From positions 156,240,001-156,304,000 of the forward strand of contig NC_042997.1 of the NCBI RefSeq assembly GCF_006345805.1: DNA of 64,000 nucleotides. Reading direction: 5' to 3'. The notes under the pieces are model-generated. The model was not told the origin of the DNA, searched no databases, and worked only from the letters and a program-made list of their open reading frames with translations. The stretch is from Octopus sinensis (Eukaryota). The translations under genes and the position numbers were made by a program. How positions within the stretch are numbered: the first letter of the stretch is position 1; the number at the start of each line of letters is the position of its first letter. This document shows positions 24,153 to 37,840 of this stretch, piece by piece.

Positions 24153-25562
24153 TTAAATGATGAGGATAATGATTTTCCATGCTAGTGGTGGAAACAGTAG
24201 AAACCCTTGTTTTTCGAGAAAGGTTTTTCCTTCTACTGACTTCTTACACATTGAAACTGATGAAGCAGCCAAGCTGGAGGATGTAGCATTTACTGGAAAT
24301 AAACAAGTATCAATACTTTTTCTCAAGTGGTGGTAATATGAAAACATGTAGTAGCACACACACATACATCTAGACAAAGAGGCTTTCTGTTCAATTTCTC
24401 TCTTGCAAATATCACTTAAAAGGCATTGATCAGCCCAAGGTCATAATAAAAGAAGCCACCCATTGAGATGGAACTTGAAACCACAAGGATGTAGAGGTAT
24501 TTTCACAACCACATAGCCAAACCTCCAAGAAAATTCTTAAATTAAAGACCACCAGAGCTGAGTAAAGACTGTCACTAAGAACTCAGACTGTTAAGTGGGC
24601 AAAAAGTGTTTCATTTAATAAAAATGGTAAATTTGGATGAGTCTGTTCACTATAAGGAGATGAGCTCACTGATCCTTCAAGTAAAACCAACATAGCTGTG
24701 TGTTAAGAAGTTCTCTTTGCAACCATAGGGTTCCAGGTTTAATTTCACTATGTTTCAACCAGGGCAAATGTTTTTGGTATAATCATGGTATAATTTAGTC
24801 AAAGACTAGCAGCTGGACATTTGCAACGAATATGAGTATGTCACACTTGTGCTTTGAATACTGAAGTCAAAAGTTTTAGTGGAATAAAGCAATTTTATTC
24901 CCAGTAACTGTTTTGCATCACAACACCTGCTATTTTCAGAAATTTGTTTAATGCTAAACTCTTAAATCATTCTGATATCAGATCAAAAGGTCTGATATCA
25001 GGTATTTGTAGCACTTGTTTTTTATAATTTTTTTTTTTTTTTGGTAATGTTTCTGGCATTCTACACTCTGACTGTAGTTATATTCACTATACAACTTATT
25101 GGTTGAAATCTAAAATGTCAACACTGACTGGAATGAAATCTTATATTTTAACTATTGACTATTTTGACAATATAAATTGTTTTATCAGATGAAATGAATA
25201 TTCTGACAATGGATGATTTCAAGTAATATCATTGCTCTAGTTGCTGTCAAAAGCTATTCACTCAGTGTTTGACAAAAGCAATCTATTAACAGACATCAAA
25301 AGGAAGGTTTGAGCTCTCACAGCATGAGAAAAAAAATGGACATAAAAATAACCATGGTGACAATACCAGCAGACCTAACTATAAAGACAACCAATGAAAA
25401 CAGTTTGTTAGTGACAAAGCAAAGAGAGTTGTGAATAGTTTTATTAAAATTCCATTTGTTTCCATGTAATCTAGGTGAGACAAAATTGTTGGTACTTCAT
25501 ATTAAATAGTTTCAATTAAGACTGAGAAAAAAAACAAAGAAAATATTGCTACAATTAATTAA

Positions 25563-25782
25563 CCCTTTAGCATTTAAACCAGCCATAACTGGCTCAAATA
25601 TTCTACCTGTTTTATGATCAAGCCAGTCAGCTCTCAACTCTCACACCTACCTTATGATATCATTCTTAAAATATACAATTATACCATAAAAATCTCAAAG
25701 CTACAAGGTAACACATAATTAATTCAAAACAGTGTGAGTAAATAAGCATTACATTTGACAAAGTAATCTGAACACTAAAGAG
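25563..25782. mobile_element. TTAA-flanked piggyBac-type MITE (same family as 23932, opposite orientation)
   Basis: TTAA-ccctttagc ... ctaaagag-TTAA; 220 bp; interior is the reverse complement of 23932-24152. Confidence 0.8.
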
Positions 25783-25802
25783 TTAAACCTAATAACAGTT
25801 TG

Positions 25803-26370
25803 TGTGGAGGTGCATGACTTAGTGGTTAGAGCAGTGGACTTGTGGTTAAGGGATTGCGGGTTCAAATCTCAGGCCGGGGGCGATGTGTGTGTTTATAAAT
25901 GAAACACCTAAGCTTCATGTGGCTCCAGCAGAAGGTAATGGTAAACTTCTGCCGACTCTTTCGCTACAACTTTTTCTCACTCTTTCCTCCTGCATCTAGC
26001 AACTCACCTGTGGTGGATGGGCATCCTGTCCAGATGGGGAACCTATACGCCAATGAAACTGGGAAACTGGCCCTTATGAGCCAGGCATGGCTTGAGAAGA
26101 AACAAACAACAACAAAGTTAACAGTTTGTATGGAGGTGCATGGCTTAGTGGTTAGGATGTTGGACTCATGATTGTAAGATTGTGGTTTCGATTCCTGGAC
26201 TGGGCGATGCATTATGTTCTTGAACAAAACACTTCATTTCATGTTGCTCCAGTTTACTCAGCTGGTAAAAATAAGTAATCCTGTAACAGGCCGGCATCCC
26301 ATCAAGAGAGGAATATATACACCAGAGAAACCAAGAAACCAGTCGTATGATCCTTACAGAGTAATGTGGA
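25803..26370 (+). mobile_element. Two tandem tRNA-derived SINEs (heads at ~25803 and ~26128)
   Basis: A-box-like (tggcttagtggt) and B-box-like (ggttcaaatct / ggtttcgattcc) heads, each followed by a non-tRNA body. Confidence 0.85.
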
Positions 26371-27258
26371 CTGACCAGTAACAGTCTATTCTTTTCTTTT
26401 ACTTGTTTCAGTCATTAGACTATGGCCATGCTGGAGCACTGCCCTAAAGGGTTTTTGTTGAAGAAATCAACTCCAGGACTAATTCTTTGTAAGCCTAGTA
26501 CTCTTTTGCCAAACCACTAAGTTACGGGAATGTAAACACACCAACATTGATTGTCAAGTGATGGTGGGAGGGGATAAACATAAACACAAAGACACACACA
26601 CATAAATATATGTACACACATACACACACACATATATTTGATGGGCTTCTTTTAGTTTCTGTCTACCAAATCCACCCACAAGGCTTTGGTTGGTCCAAGG
26701 CTATGGTAGAAGACACTCGCTCAAGGTGCCATGCAGTGGGACTGAACCTGGAACCATGTGGTTGGGAAATAAGCCTCTTACCACAGCCATGCCTGTTTGC
26801 AGACTTTTGTGAGGTAAATTTCTTTCAAATATTCAATTTGACACTTTTTGTAATTATTGACTCAAGTTACTTTGTTAGGGGTGTCTGATAATTATTTCTA
26901 ATTTTGGCACAAGGCCAATAATTTTGAGGTGACTGGTACTTTGTTTTATTGACCCTGAAGGGATGAAAGTCAAAGTGAACCCCAGCAGAATTTGAACTCA
27001 GTACATAATGTGCTGTAAGAATTGCTGCCACATGTTTACAATTCTGTGCTAACAATTCTGTTAGGTTATTCCAGCTTATAACATTAACTTATCACTCACT
27101 CAAAGAGCAGAGTGTGAATTTTTCAGGCTTTATTTGTGTATGGCATATTCTACTGCAAAACCTTTTGATTGCTTCTAAGTAGTTATTTGGGTAACATCCT
27201 ACCTGGCTTGAGACGATGAGGAATACTCAGTAGCAGCTTTAACATCACCACAACTACT

Positions 27259-27470
27259 GCCGTTCAAGAATTTGGACCTGGAGATCTCCATTTCCAGCTA
27301 CTTTGAGGGCCACCTCCCAGTGGTGTTGGGCGTCAATGAAGAGCCCTCGACTACAACAAGACGACCAAAGTTTTTTTTTTTTCCAAGGTCTGGGGTCTCC
27401 CTCCCCTAAGCCCTAGACCATCACCTAATCACCCTTACCCGTCTTGTTGCTTAACAACAACAACAACCAC
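27259..27470 (+). mobile_element. Unclassified ~193-bp element with (AAC)n tail, copy 1
   Basis: About 90% identical by eye to 42361-42570, with the same 5' start gccgttcaagaatttgg. Confidence 0.8.
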
Positions 27471-28893
27471 AACTACCAACAACAATGATGAAGAGCCAGA
27501 GTATGAGCCTCTGTGTGGTTGCTGAAACTGTTAGAAATAGAAGTCATTTCTCTTTCAAACTGATTGTTCTTGATTCTCTGTGCATTGGGAAAAATTACAA
27601 AATTGTCATTACTGGAATGCCAATGATCACAGGTCTGCTCAATTAAGGCTGACCCAGGGTTGAATAATAGTAACAACAATTCCCATCACCACCCACAACA
27701 CCCAACCACATCAACACCCAACAACAACAATGAGAGTACTTTTGCTTGGTCAATTGACATACTGAAAATAGTAGCCAAACCTCCTTCAATTACACTCCAC
27801 TGTCTCGGAAGAAAAGGACTACATTGGACAATGTAGTCCTAGATACACAAAAAGACAGAATGGTTACAGCTGGAGAGCCTTTGGCCGTAGATCTTCTCCA
27901 TTAAAGTTGATCTGGAAGCGAGGCAATGACAACATTATCACTACAAAAGAGTGTCTACATGGTCATTCGATCTGCTAGAAATAACAGCCAAATATTATTT
28001 TTTACTAACACCATACTATCCACAAAAAGAAAAAAAAAAGATGAGATATACTGGAAATTTTTTTTTAATATACAGAGAAAGAAAATAGGATGGTCATGAC
28101 TGGAACATTTTTGATCATTCATCTATTTGATTAAGACTGAACTTGAGACTAAAACAAAAATATGGTTATGAAAGAGCTACATAGTAGCTCCTTCATCTGT
28201 GAGAAATAGCAACCAAATTTCCTTGAAATCACATTCTATTGCTTTAAGAAAAGAAAGATATGTGGGACTATGTAATCTTGGATATAAAAAAAACGATAAG
28301 ACAATCATAGTTGGAATATATCTGGTCATCTGGTCATAGGCTTGCTTCATGAGGATAAATTTGGAGCTAAATAACAAACCAAGAAGGAGATGTGCTCACT
28401 TGACCTTGAAATATGAACCAAATCTCCTTCAAGTTACATATCTTATAAAAAAATATTAAATAACTAAATAACTGAGTCCTAGATGCATTGTGAGTAGAAA
28501 CAAAGACAGAATGTTTTTTATCTAAAGGATTGCTGGATCAGGGCTGACTTGGGATTAAACAGCATAGATGCTAATGCCAAGAGTCAACACAATGAGGATT
28601 CTCTCTGTTGCCATTCAACCTGCTAGAGTCAACAACCAAATCTCCCTTAAGAAGTCTGCGGGTAACTGTAACCTAGACATTATTGTCAACAATGAGCTAC
28701 ATTGGACAAACCATAAAATCATTGAAAAGTCTGAAGGTGTCTTAGCATCATTCAGTAAGAACTTTGTCAGTTGTCTCTCTGGAAGAACATTCTAGCCTAG
28801 TTGCAGGTCGTCTAAGAATAAAGAGTAAAAGTAGATAGAAGAATACAGACAGGAGAAAAAAATGGATGGTCATGTCAAGGAAACCTACTGTTT

Positions 28894-29285
28894 TTAGGTT
28901 GGTTCTACAGTGACCTTCAGTCCGAGGGAGTTCATGGTGATTGTGAGGTCCTTTCTGAGTCTATCTAGCCTGTGGCTGTTAGCCCCTCTTGGAATTGCTA
29001 GTGCATTGTCCCTGCAGAGGCCAAAGCTAGTTGAAGGGAATTTCTTTTTTAGTATATCTACAATGAAGAAACCGACTAGGTAACATACGTCCACACTGTC
29101 AAAAGCACCCGTTGCCACATCAAAGGAGCCCTCTGGCTCAGTGTGTTCGGACCAAAGGGACCCCTTACTGAAGAATAGGCTTCTTCTGATACATGATAAT
29201 GTGTATGTCCTCGTCATTCACTTTAGTTTGAGCCCTGGCAAAGTTCAGTGCCTTTAACAGGACCTCCCTTGATATAGATGGGTAT
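28894..29285 (-). pseudogene. Penelope-like element reverse transcriptase fragment
   Basis: PSISREVLLKALNFA..DEDIHII / RRSLFF / FDVATGAFDSVDVCYLVG / GLCRDNAL..DRLRK..LGLKVTVE follow the Penelope FDVxMGxxDGAEVCELVG and GLYRDDGL pattern. Confidence 0.85.
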
Positions 29286-30377
29286 GCCTACACCCCCCGG
29301 ATAAAATAATATATATGACACTGCTACACATACCATGCACCCTATATCACACCCCCCATCCCTTTAGGGAGACCACATTAATAATACACACTTTCCCCAC
29401 CTCAAGATAATTTTTGCCAGATTCACAGCATACACAATCAAGAGACATAACTCCTAACCCAATTCCCTGGGCCTTTTTTCATTTCACCACCTTTTTCACA
29501 ACAGCTGCTGACCAGTTGTGCTAATCCACCTCTGACAATAGAGAGCGGTCATCATATTCCCTTCCATATCAGCTCTGATAAGCGTAAAATTCTATAATCG
29601 GATTGTTACCTAACACTCCATTGTAATCTTTATGCAAAACGAATTGATAAGGTCAGCTGAGATGGACATTTAATACTATAAAATTCAAATAATATACCCA
29701 CTCTACTGACAGATATATGAGTGCGTCTTCTCCCTGACTTATGGTCTCTTAGATGACTCACACACACACACATACACACACACACACACATATTATACAT
29801 GTAACTCAAGTCATTTCAATAGTTTAATTAGGGTAAGGCGAGTTTGATGTGAGTTGAGTTGGATGGCTGTTAACTCTCCTTATTTTATCTATTTTTTTGT
29901 CAGGTCTTGTTTCCCTTCCCACAGGGTGCTCAAAAACCACCCTACTCACCAAGCAGGTTTGGTGTTATCAGTAGCACTCAAGAGAGACCTAATATGTATA
30001 TTTTCAAATACAAAATAGAAGTAGTGCTAGTGTAATAAATGTTATCAACCACATATACTTAACGTATATATGCTTTGTGCATTTGCCAATTGCCAAATCA
30101 CAACCTACCGGCAAATACATAAAGCATTTATGCCAAGTGTACAAGGTTGATAGTATATATATATATATTATTCTTTTATTTGTGTCAGTTATTTGACTGC
30201 AGTCATGCTAGAGCACTGCCTTTAGTCAAACAAATCGACCCCAGAACTTATTCTTTGTAAGCCTAGTACTTATCCTATCAGTCTCTTTTGCCGAACTGTT
30301 GAGTCATGGGGACATAAACACACCAACATCAGTTGTCAAGCAATGGTTAGGGGACAAACACAGACACACAAACATAC

Positions 30378-30435
<58 letters not shown>

Positions 30436-30456
30436 GCACGCATGCACACATATATA

Positions 30457-32060
30457 CAGTGGGGGGAAATAAATATTCGTACATGTCAAAATTCATTATT
30501 TATTTAATTTCTAATGAACATAAATGGGATATACCAATACTATATTTGCATACACATGCATAAACTAAGAATATGCAAAAGAAACTAAGTAATTATAGTA
30601 ACTAAGGAATTTATATTCAATTATAAATATTTAGGGGTGAAAAAAGTATTTGTACAGAACATAAATAACTGATAATTCTGATTTGATACTTCGTAGCATA
30701 ACCATTATTCAATTCCACTTCAACCAATCTCTTCTTGTAGTTCTTAATCAATGACTCACATGTTTCTTTAGGAATTTTTTCCCATTCTTCTTGATAAATT
30801 TTCTTCAAATCTGCAATGCACGTTGCAGCTCTTGAATGAATTTTAATTTTCAAATATGGTCACAAATTTTCAATGGGGTTCAAGTCAGGTGAGTGGCTTG
30901 GCCATTCTAATAATTTCATATTGTGATCAACGATCCATTTTTTGGTAGACTTCGCCGTGTGCTTAGGGTCGTTACCCTATTGTAAAACCCACCCTTCACA
31001 AAGCTGAAGCTTTTCTACAGAGTCCCATAAATTATTGTTCAAAATATTTTGCTACATTCATTCTACCATCTATCACATATAAATTGCCAATACCATTTGT
31101 AGAGAAACACCCCCACACCATGATGTTGCCACCTCCAAACTTTACGGTAGGAATTGTGTTTTTCGGCGAATAGGCGGTACCATCTTTCCTCTAAACATGG
31201 CTACGCGAATTGCATCCAAACAATTCAATTTTCGACTCGTCTGTCCATAGAACATTTTCCCAGAATGTATCAGATTTATCTTTATGTTCATAAACAAATT
31301 TTAAATGAGCATCTCTATGCCTTTTAGTCAACAGTGGAATTTTCTAGGAGAGTGTGACTTCAGTTCATTCCTATGAAGTTCATTGCTGATTGTTCGTAGT
31401 GTAACACTAGTCCCTGAAGCTAACAAATCTTTTTGCAACTCCTTTCTGGTGATCATTGCGTTTTTTTTTTCAATTCTTCACTTCATTTTTCTTAAAGATC
31501 TAGGGTAAATCTTGCGTGGTGCACTGGATCTTATTCTGTTTTCAACAGTTCCCGATTTTTTATATCTTTGAATAAATGAAGATATGGTAGAAAATGGAAT
31601 ACAAAGGGTCTCTGATATTTTCCTGTAACTTTTACCTGCTTCCCACTGTTCAATAATTAAGTTTTTCACTGTATTTGTGAGTTCTTTACTTTTTGCCATT
31701 ATTACGATACTACTTTATGTTGTCTCAATGCTGAATGAAGAAGCTGGTGTTTTGACAATTAAAAATGACAACTGATAGATTATTGGAACAAACGAGTAGG
31801 TTCTAGAATAAAAAAATTATTTTAACAGTATTTTGTGGCATAGAAAATCATAAATTTATTCTGTACAAATACTTTTTTCACCCCTAAATATTTATAATTG
31901 TATATAAATTCATTAGTTACTATAATTTATTAGCTTCTTTTGCATATTCTTAGTTTATGCATGTGTATGCAAACATAGTATTGGTATATCCCATTATGTT
32001 CATTAGAAATTAAATAAATAAAGAATTTTGACATGTACGAATATTTATTTCCCCCCACTG
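30457..32060 (-). mobile_element. Full-length Tc1-family transposon with ~200-bp IR/DR-type TIRs, defective
   Basis: TA-cagtggggggaaataaatattcgtaca ... tgtacgaatatttatttccccccactg-TA; 1604 bp. Inner repeat ggggtgaaaaaagtatttgtaca resembles the outer one. Confidence 0.95.
30685..31699 (-). pseudogene. Tc1 transposase pseudogene
   Basis: MAKSKELT paired-like N-terminus; [43 protein letters not shown] and NNGYATKY motifs with frameshifts. Confidence 0.93.
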
Positions 32061-33265
32061 TATATGATGGGCTTCTTTCAGTTTCTGTCTACCAAATCCA
32101 CTCACAAGGCTTTGGTTGGCCCAAAGCTATAGTAGAAGACGTTTTCCCAAGGTACCACACAGTGGGACTGAACCCAGACCCATGTAGTTGGTAAGCAAGC
32201 TACTTACCACACTGCCACTCCTGTGCCTCTTATATATATATATGATCTCAACTGTGTATATCTTGGTTTTTAGAATAGGTGTGCCATATCCCTGTGTCCT
32301 GTAAGAGGAGACTTAAGGGCCGATTGTCAGATTGATAAGAAGAGGACTGGTTGCAAAACACTGCCTCACAAAGTCTCATTCAACCTCTGACAGTATGAAA
32401 ATATATATATAAAAGCAAAGATGATGATGATCATATATATGTTCTGTGTGTGTGTGTGTGTATGTGTGTAGCCTGATTGGAAAAGTAATTGTTAGGGTTC
32501 AGGAACCTGGTGGTGACCCTGCAGACCACAACTAGATTTTTTGGATCCTAGTGGCTACTCTTGACATAAACTGGTTTCAAACCAGCGAGGAAGCTTCTAT
32601 AGGGTCACTCAACCTGCTAGAAATAGCACCTAAACCCCTTTGATATCATACCCTACCAATTTAAGAAAAGGAGGGACACATTCGAATACATAGTCTTAGA
32701 TACCCTATAACTGAAGGCAAAAAAATGAAATAGTCACTGCTGGAATGTCTCTAATCACAGTCTGCTGATTAAGGCAGACATCCTGGGGCCAAACAGCAGC
32801 AGCAGCAACAACAACTGGTTTTTAGGATTACATTTTTCTCCTTTCTAACTTTTCAGTATCACCATGGCTGAGGTGGCTTTGCTCCACAAACTTGTTTTCC
32901 TATGAACAATAAATAATATCACAACTACTTGTTAAACAATTTTGTTTCGAAATAGAAAACAGATGGTATATATTTTTCATCTTCTGCAAATAAAGAAGTA
33001 AAGAAAGCTAGAATATCAAAATGTTCATTATGCACAAATGAAGTTCTAATTAGAGAACCAAGCTATTTTCATATTGTTTCTTCCTAGTAATGATCACAAA
33101 CTTATTACTTTATAAATAATCTATCAAGCTGTATTAAACCAGATATCTTCCTAAAAAGAGATAATTTATATCCATACAAACATTTATCCATCCTTGCACC
33201 AACACACACACACACGCACGCACACGCGCATGCATGCACACACACACACGCACACACGCATGCAC

Positions 33266-33331
<66 letters not shown>

Positions 33332-34168
33332 CATATTATATGTGTAGTATTGTTTTCTGCTTCCTAACAGTTTGCCAAATCTCAGACATAACATAAGATA
33401 GATATGAAAATTAAATGCTGAAGGAATTTACAAATGGTTCCAAAAATAAATTTTTGGCACTACATAGTATAATAATTTCTCTAAAGACAATTTCTAAAAT
33501 TATCTTCACGAACAGCTATGCATTATAAGAGCAGTGAACTTATGTTGCAAATTTAGCTTCTTCACTCTCCATCTACTGTCTCGACTACTCTGCAGTTTTA
33601 ATTGCAAAACCATTCTGAAAAGATAATTGACAAGAGAACAGCAAGCAGTCTGTTACAATAAAGTTTACAACAGAAATGGCATTTTCAGACAAGTGTCATC
33701 TCAGGGGAGATTACTCCACATCATTCCTGGAGCATAAACGTAATATTTCACAACTTATACCATGTTGAGTGATTGTCACCACCTGATTAGACTTTTAACA
33801 CTTTCAAACACAAAAATACATTCTTTTAATTTCTAATTGAGGCATTTTCCCCCCTCTTACATTTTCATTTTTGAAATACTATTCTTAATTAAAACTATAA
33901 AATATTATCAAGATTTGTTCATAAAAAAATAAAATGCTATAAAATGTAGAAAAACACAAATTTGAGGAAATATTTTACACACACACACGCACACATACAT
34001 GTGTGTGTGTGTAGGTATGGTGATGCAAACAGGAAAAAAAGAACTCAAAATATATGCATATTTTTATTAATATTTAGCAGAAGCAACAGATTAACTCAAG
34101 AGCTGTTGGCAACAAGCCTTGAGTCACTCTGCTGCTTCTGCTAAATATTAATAAATAAAGATATATAT

Positions 34169-34236
<68 letters not shown>

Positions 34237-34237
34237 G

Positions 34238-34268
<31 letters not shown>

Positions 34269-34928
34269 ATCCTTTAGCATTTTAAAGAAACTAGTTATTA
34301 GTAATTTATCTTTTTCAAATGTATTGTACAAATTCAATTCATCCTTTAGTAGGGTCTTTTTTTATAAGTGACTCAGAGGAGGTGGGGCAATGCCATATGA
34401 TTTTAGGAGGCCCTCTCAGACTGGAAGAGGCGTTCCAGTAGGCACATACAAACAAACCAATTCATCACCATCTTAACCATTATCGTTGTCATCTTTAGGT
34501 CCACTTTTTACATGTTGGTATGGGACTGAAGAAGAATTTCTGAGGCAATATTCTTTAACCAGATTCCTTTTCTGAGATTTAACCTTAACTATTTTCATAT
34601 AAGGTATTTTATTCCACAATTCTTTGCCCAAGCATCTAGGGGAAATATTGACTATGTGGGACATAAACAAATTTCACTGTTGGTAAAGGCGTGTCAATGC
34701 AATGGGGGGACAGACACATAAACACACCAATGTATGTACATCCCACCCCAGATGTCCTTATTCACATGCACACACATAGTTGTAGATGTGACTGTGGGGT
34801 TAAGTTCATTTCACATCCATGGAAACTAACAACATAACTTGTATGAGCATGCTGCTTGTTTACAACCACCACATAATGTCAAAATAAGGGCACACATGTA
34901 TGTATGTATGTATGTATGTATGTATGTA

Positions 34929-34996
<68 letters not shown>

Positions 34997-37046
34997 TATA
35001 TATATATATGTATATATACGTCTCTATACACACACACTCACACACACACACACGCGCGCGCATGCACTCAATGGGTTACTCTCTACCAAATCCACAAACA
35101 AAGCTTTGGTTGATCCAATACTTCAGTTGAAGACACTTGCCCAAATTGCTCTGCAGTGGGACTGAACCCAAAGCTTCTTAGTCACACAGCCATACCTGTG
35201 TCTCTATTAATATTATTACTACACTAGTTAAGGCCAAGCTGACAGAACTGTTAGCATATGAGGCAAATTGCTAAAAGCATTTCATCTGTTTTTATGTTCT
35301 GATTTCAAATTCTGCCAAAGTTAACTTTGCCTTTTGTCCTTTCAGGGTCAATAAAATAAGTATCAGTTAAGCACTGGAGTCTACGTAACCAACTTACTTT
35401 CTTTCCCAAAATTGCTGGCCCTGTGCCAAAATTTAAAACCATTATTACTATACCAGTCATTAATATCAACAAACCAAATTATTTATCATGAAAAGACAAT
35501 AGTTACTGGAGAGTGAATGCTATTGACCAGTCTTAGCCAAGTTAAGTCTAAGGATGAGTTTAATGATAATATACAGACTCGGTTGTCAGGTTGTCTGTAA
35601 GGTGTTCCAGATGGAGTTGATAGATAATCCACACCTTGAGGTGTTAAGTTATTTAAAGATATGATACTGCTTGTTGTCTCTCATTTATCTAGCACTGTAT
35701 ATGTATTGGTAGCTATGCATATTTTCTATTATTTAAGTTTGTATGTGCTTAATAGTTGTCAGTATGTTTATTTTGAGAATAGAAACATTGGTTTGAACTT
35801 CTTACTTTATCAATCACAACTTAGTTACAAGGAAACAAAGAAATGGAAAAAGAGAAAAGGGTGGGATTAAGCAGTAGAAGATGGAGGGGAAGGGAGCAGC
35901 TGGCCACACAACCTACAACAAATGGCATGTGCAGCCATTCCCCGTAGTTATGACTGCCACGATGTTGCTGTGGAGAATGGCCAGTGACATTCACTGCAGC
36001 AACCACTCCAGTTTGTGGGGTTCATTTCTCAGATGGATCATCATTATCCTGATTTTGTAGAGGCAATCGGTAGTGTGGGGTCTGTTTACTTTTGTTATTG
36101 CCTATTTGTTTATATAAATAGCCATAATTCTATTTCCCCACACACAAAAATAACAGATAGAAAAATTTATGTCCAGATGTTGTTTTGTCCAAGGTCAGAT
36201 CTTATTCAACAAACATATGATCAAAGGCATTCCAACCATGGCCATTTATGCTGTCATTTTCTTTCAAACTTGGAACTACATAAACCAATGTGTCCTTCCA
36301 TATTCAAGAAAATAAGATGTGATTAGAAAGGAATATGCTTGCTATTTCTAGCAAGTTAAATGATTATACAGAGGTTTCCTTGTTGGTAATATAAATTTCT
36401 TATATTAATATGATGCTACAAATGTTGGAGGTGTTGGGATAGTCAATTAAATCCTTCCCAGTATTGGTTGATATTTTATTTGAGTCACTCTCCAGAAAAG
36501 GGTCAATAAAATGAAATCAAAGCAAAGTTGAGAACCATGGAATTTGAACTCAACATAAGAGGCCATGACTAAATGCCATAATGCTTTAATAATCTGCTAA
36601 TCTACTAATATTGGTCTGCATTTTAAGGTGGAAAGCTGGCAGAATCTTTAGCATATCAGGCAAAATGCTTAGCAGCATTTCATCTATCTTTATGCTCTTA
36701 GTTCAAATTATGCCAGAGCTGACTCTGCCTTTCATCCTTTCGGGGTGGATAAAATAAGCACTTGTTGAGCACTAGGGTCAACATAATTGTCTTAAACCAT
36801 CTCCCCAAAATTTCTGGCCTTATGCTACAATTTGAAACCAATATTGGTCTATATTTTGATGGAGAAAAGATATTAAATTGATCTGTCTAAGTTTCACAAT
36901 TTATTCTGATCTCTGTTAATGAAAAAGTAGTAAAGATTTAACAAAGTTTTATCTTATGAAATTCATCATCATATATTTCTAAGTAAATGAAATACTGTTG
37001 AAGGAAAAAGACTACCTTTAATAGGCTTATCCTTATGATATTAAAC

Positions 37047-37462
37047 CAGGGTCAGATTAACATACAGAGAGGCCCTAAGCACTTAAAAGATTTTGGTGCC
37101 TCCATATATGTAATTCAAAATATAAACAATAATAAAGCATAAAATAAAACTTTTAGTTTTCAAAATGCAACCAAACTAAGAGTAAGATGGAAAATAATGC
37201 TTATTTTTGAATACTTCCACTTTATTTATAATCAAAAATGTTTTCCTTTTTTTAATTACAAAGTCTTTGATCAGATCCTCACTATAACACTTCAAAATTA
37301 TATTTTCGATCATATAAACCACTTTGGATATTATTTCAGCAACTTTAAAATGATTTGATTTCTTTTGTGATGTAAATCATTTGTTATTTCTATGGTGCCC
37401 CCATTACCTCCTTTAATGCCCTAAGCACATGCTTATTTTGCGTAGTGGTTAATCCAGTGCTG
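37047..37462. mobile_element. hAT-type MITE
   Basis: Degenerate TIRs cagggtcagattaac / gttaatccagtgctg; 8-bp TSD tattaaac / tactaaac. Confidence 0.65.
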
Positions 37463-37474
37463 TACTAAACAACA

Positions 37475-37756
37475 TGAGACCACTTCTGATTCTATGACAC
37501 CACATCATCTACAAACACCTCTGTTTCTATCATACCAAACCATCTGAGACAATCCCTAGTTCTAAGAGAGCAATTCATATGAGAACATCTCTTGTTCTAT
37601 GATGTTAATCAACTGGAAAACACTCTCGATTCTATGATACCAAAATATCAGAGACCGCCTCTGGTTCTGTAAAACTGACTTCTTCCTTGAGATCACTCTG
37701 GTTCTATGGTACTAAGCCATATGAGACCATCTTTGGTTCTGTGATGCAAAGCCTTC
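37475..37756. repeat. Degenerate 35-bp minisatellite x8
   Basis: The TTCT(A/G) anchor falls at 37490, 37525, 37560, 37595, 37630, 37665, 37702 and 37737. Confidence 0.85.
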
Positions 37757-37840
37757 CATTTCAACAATGCTATATTTAAATTAAAGATCTCTCTTTGCAA
37801 TTTTTTTGTTTAGTTTTGATCCAGATATCAACTTAACCAT

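Noticed and set aside
24246-24290. 45-nt minus-strand micro-exon (also similar acceptor/donor pairs near 3770, 32857, 33620 and 43357)
   Set aside because: Splice-like motifs are common in AT-rich DNA, the peptides are unrecognisable or contain stops, and there is no independent support.
25803-25880. tRNA genes at tRNA-like heads (also 26128, 54230)
   Set aside because: The cloverleaf is incomplete and each runs into a shared multi-copy SINE body.
27259-27452. HDV-like ribozyme or telomerase-RNA reading of the 193-bp element
   Set aside because: There is no P1.1 GG or nested pseudoknot after the GAGGGC/GCCCTC stem, the CCCTAA-like run is not an exact template, and the element is multi-copy.
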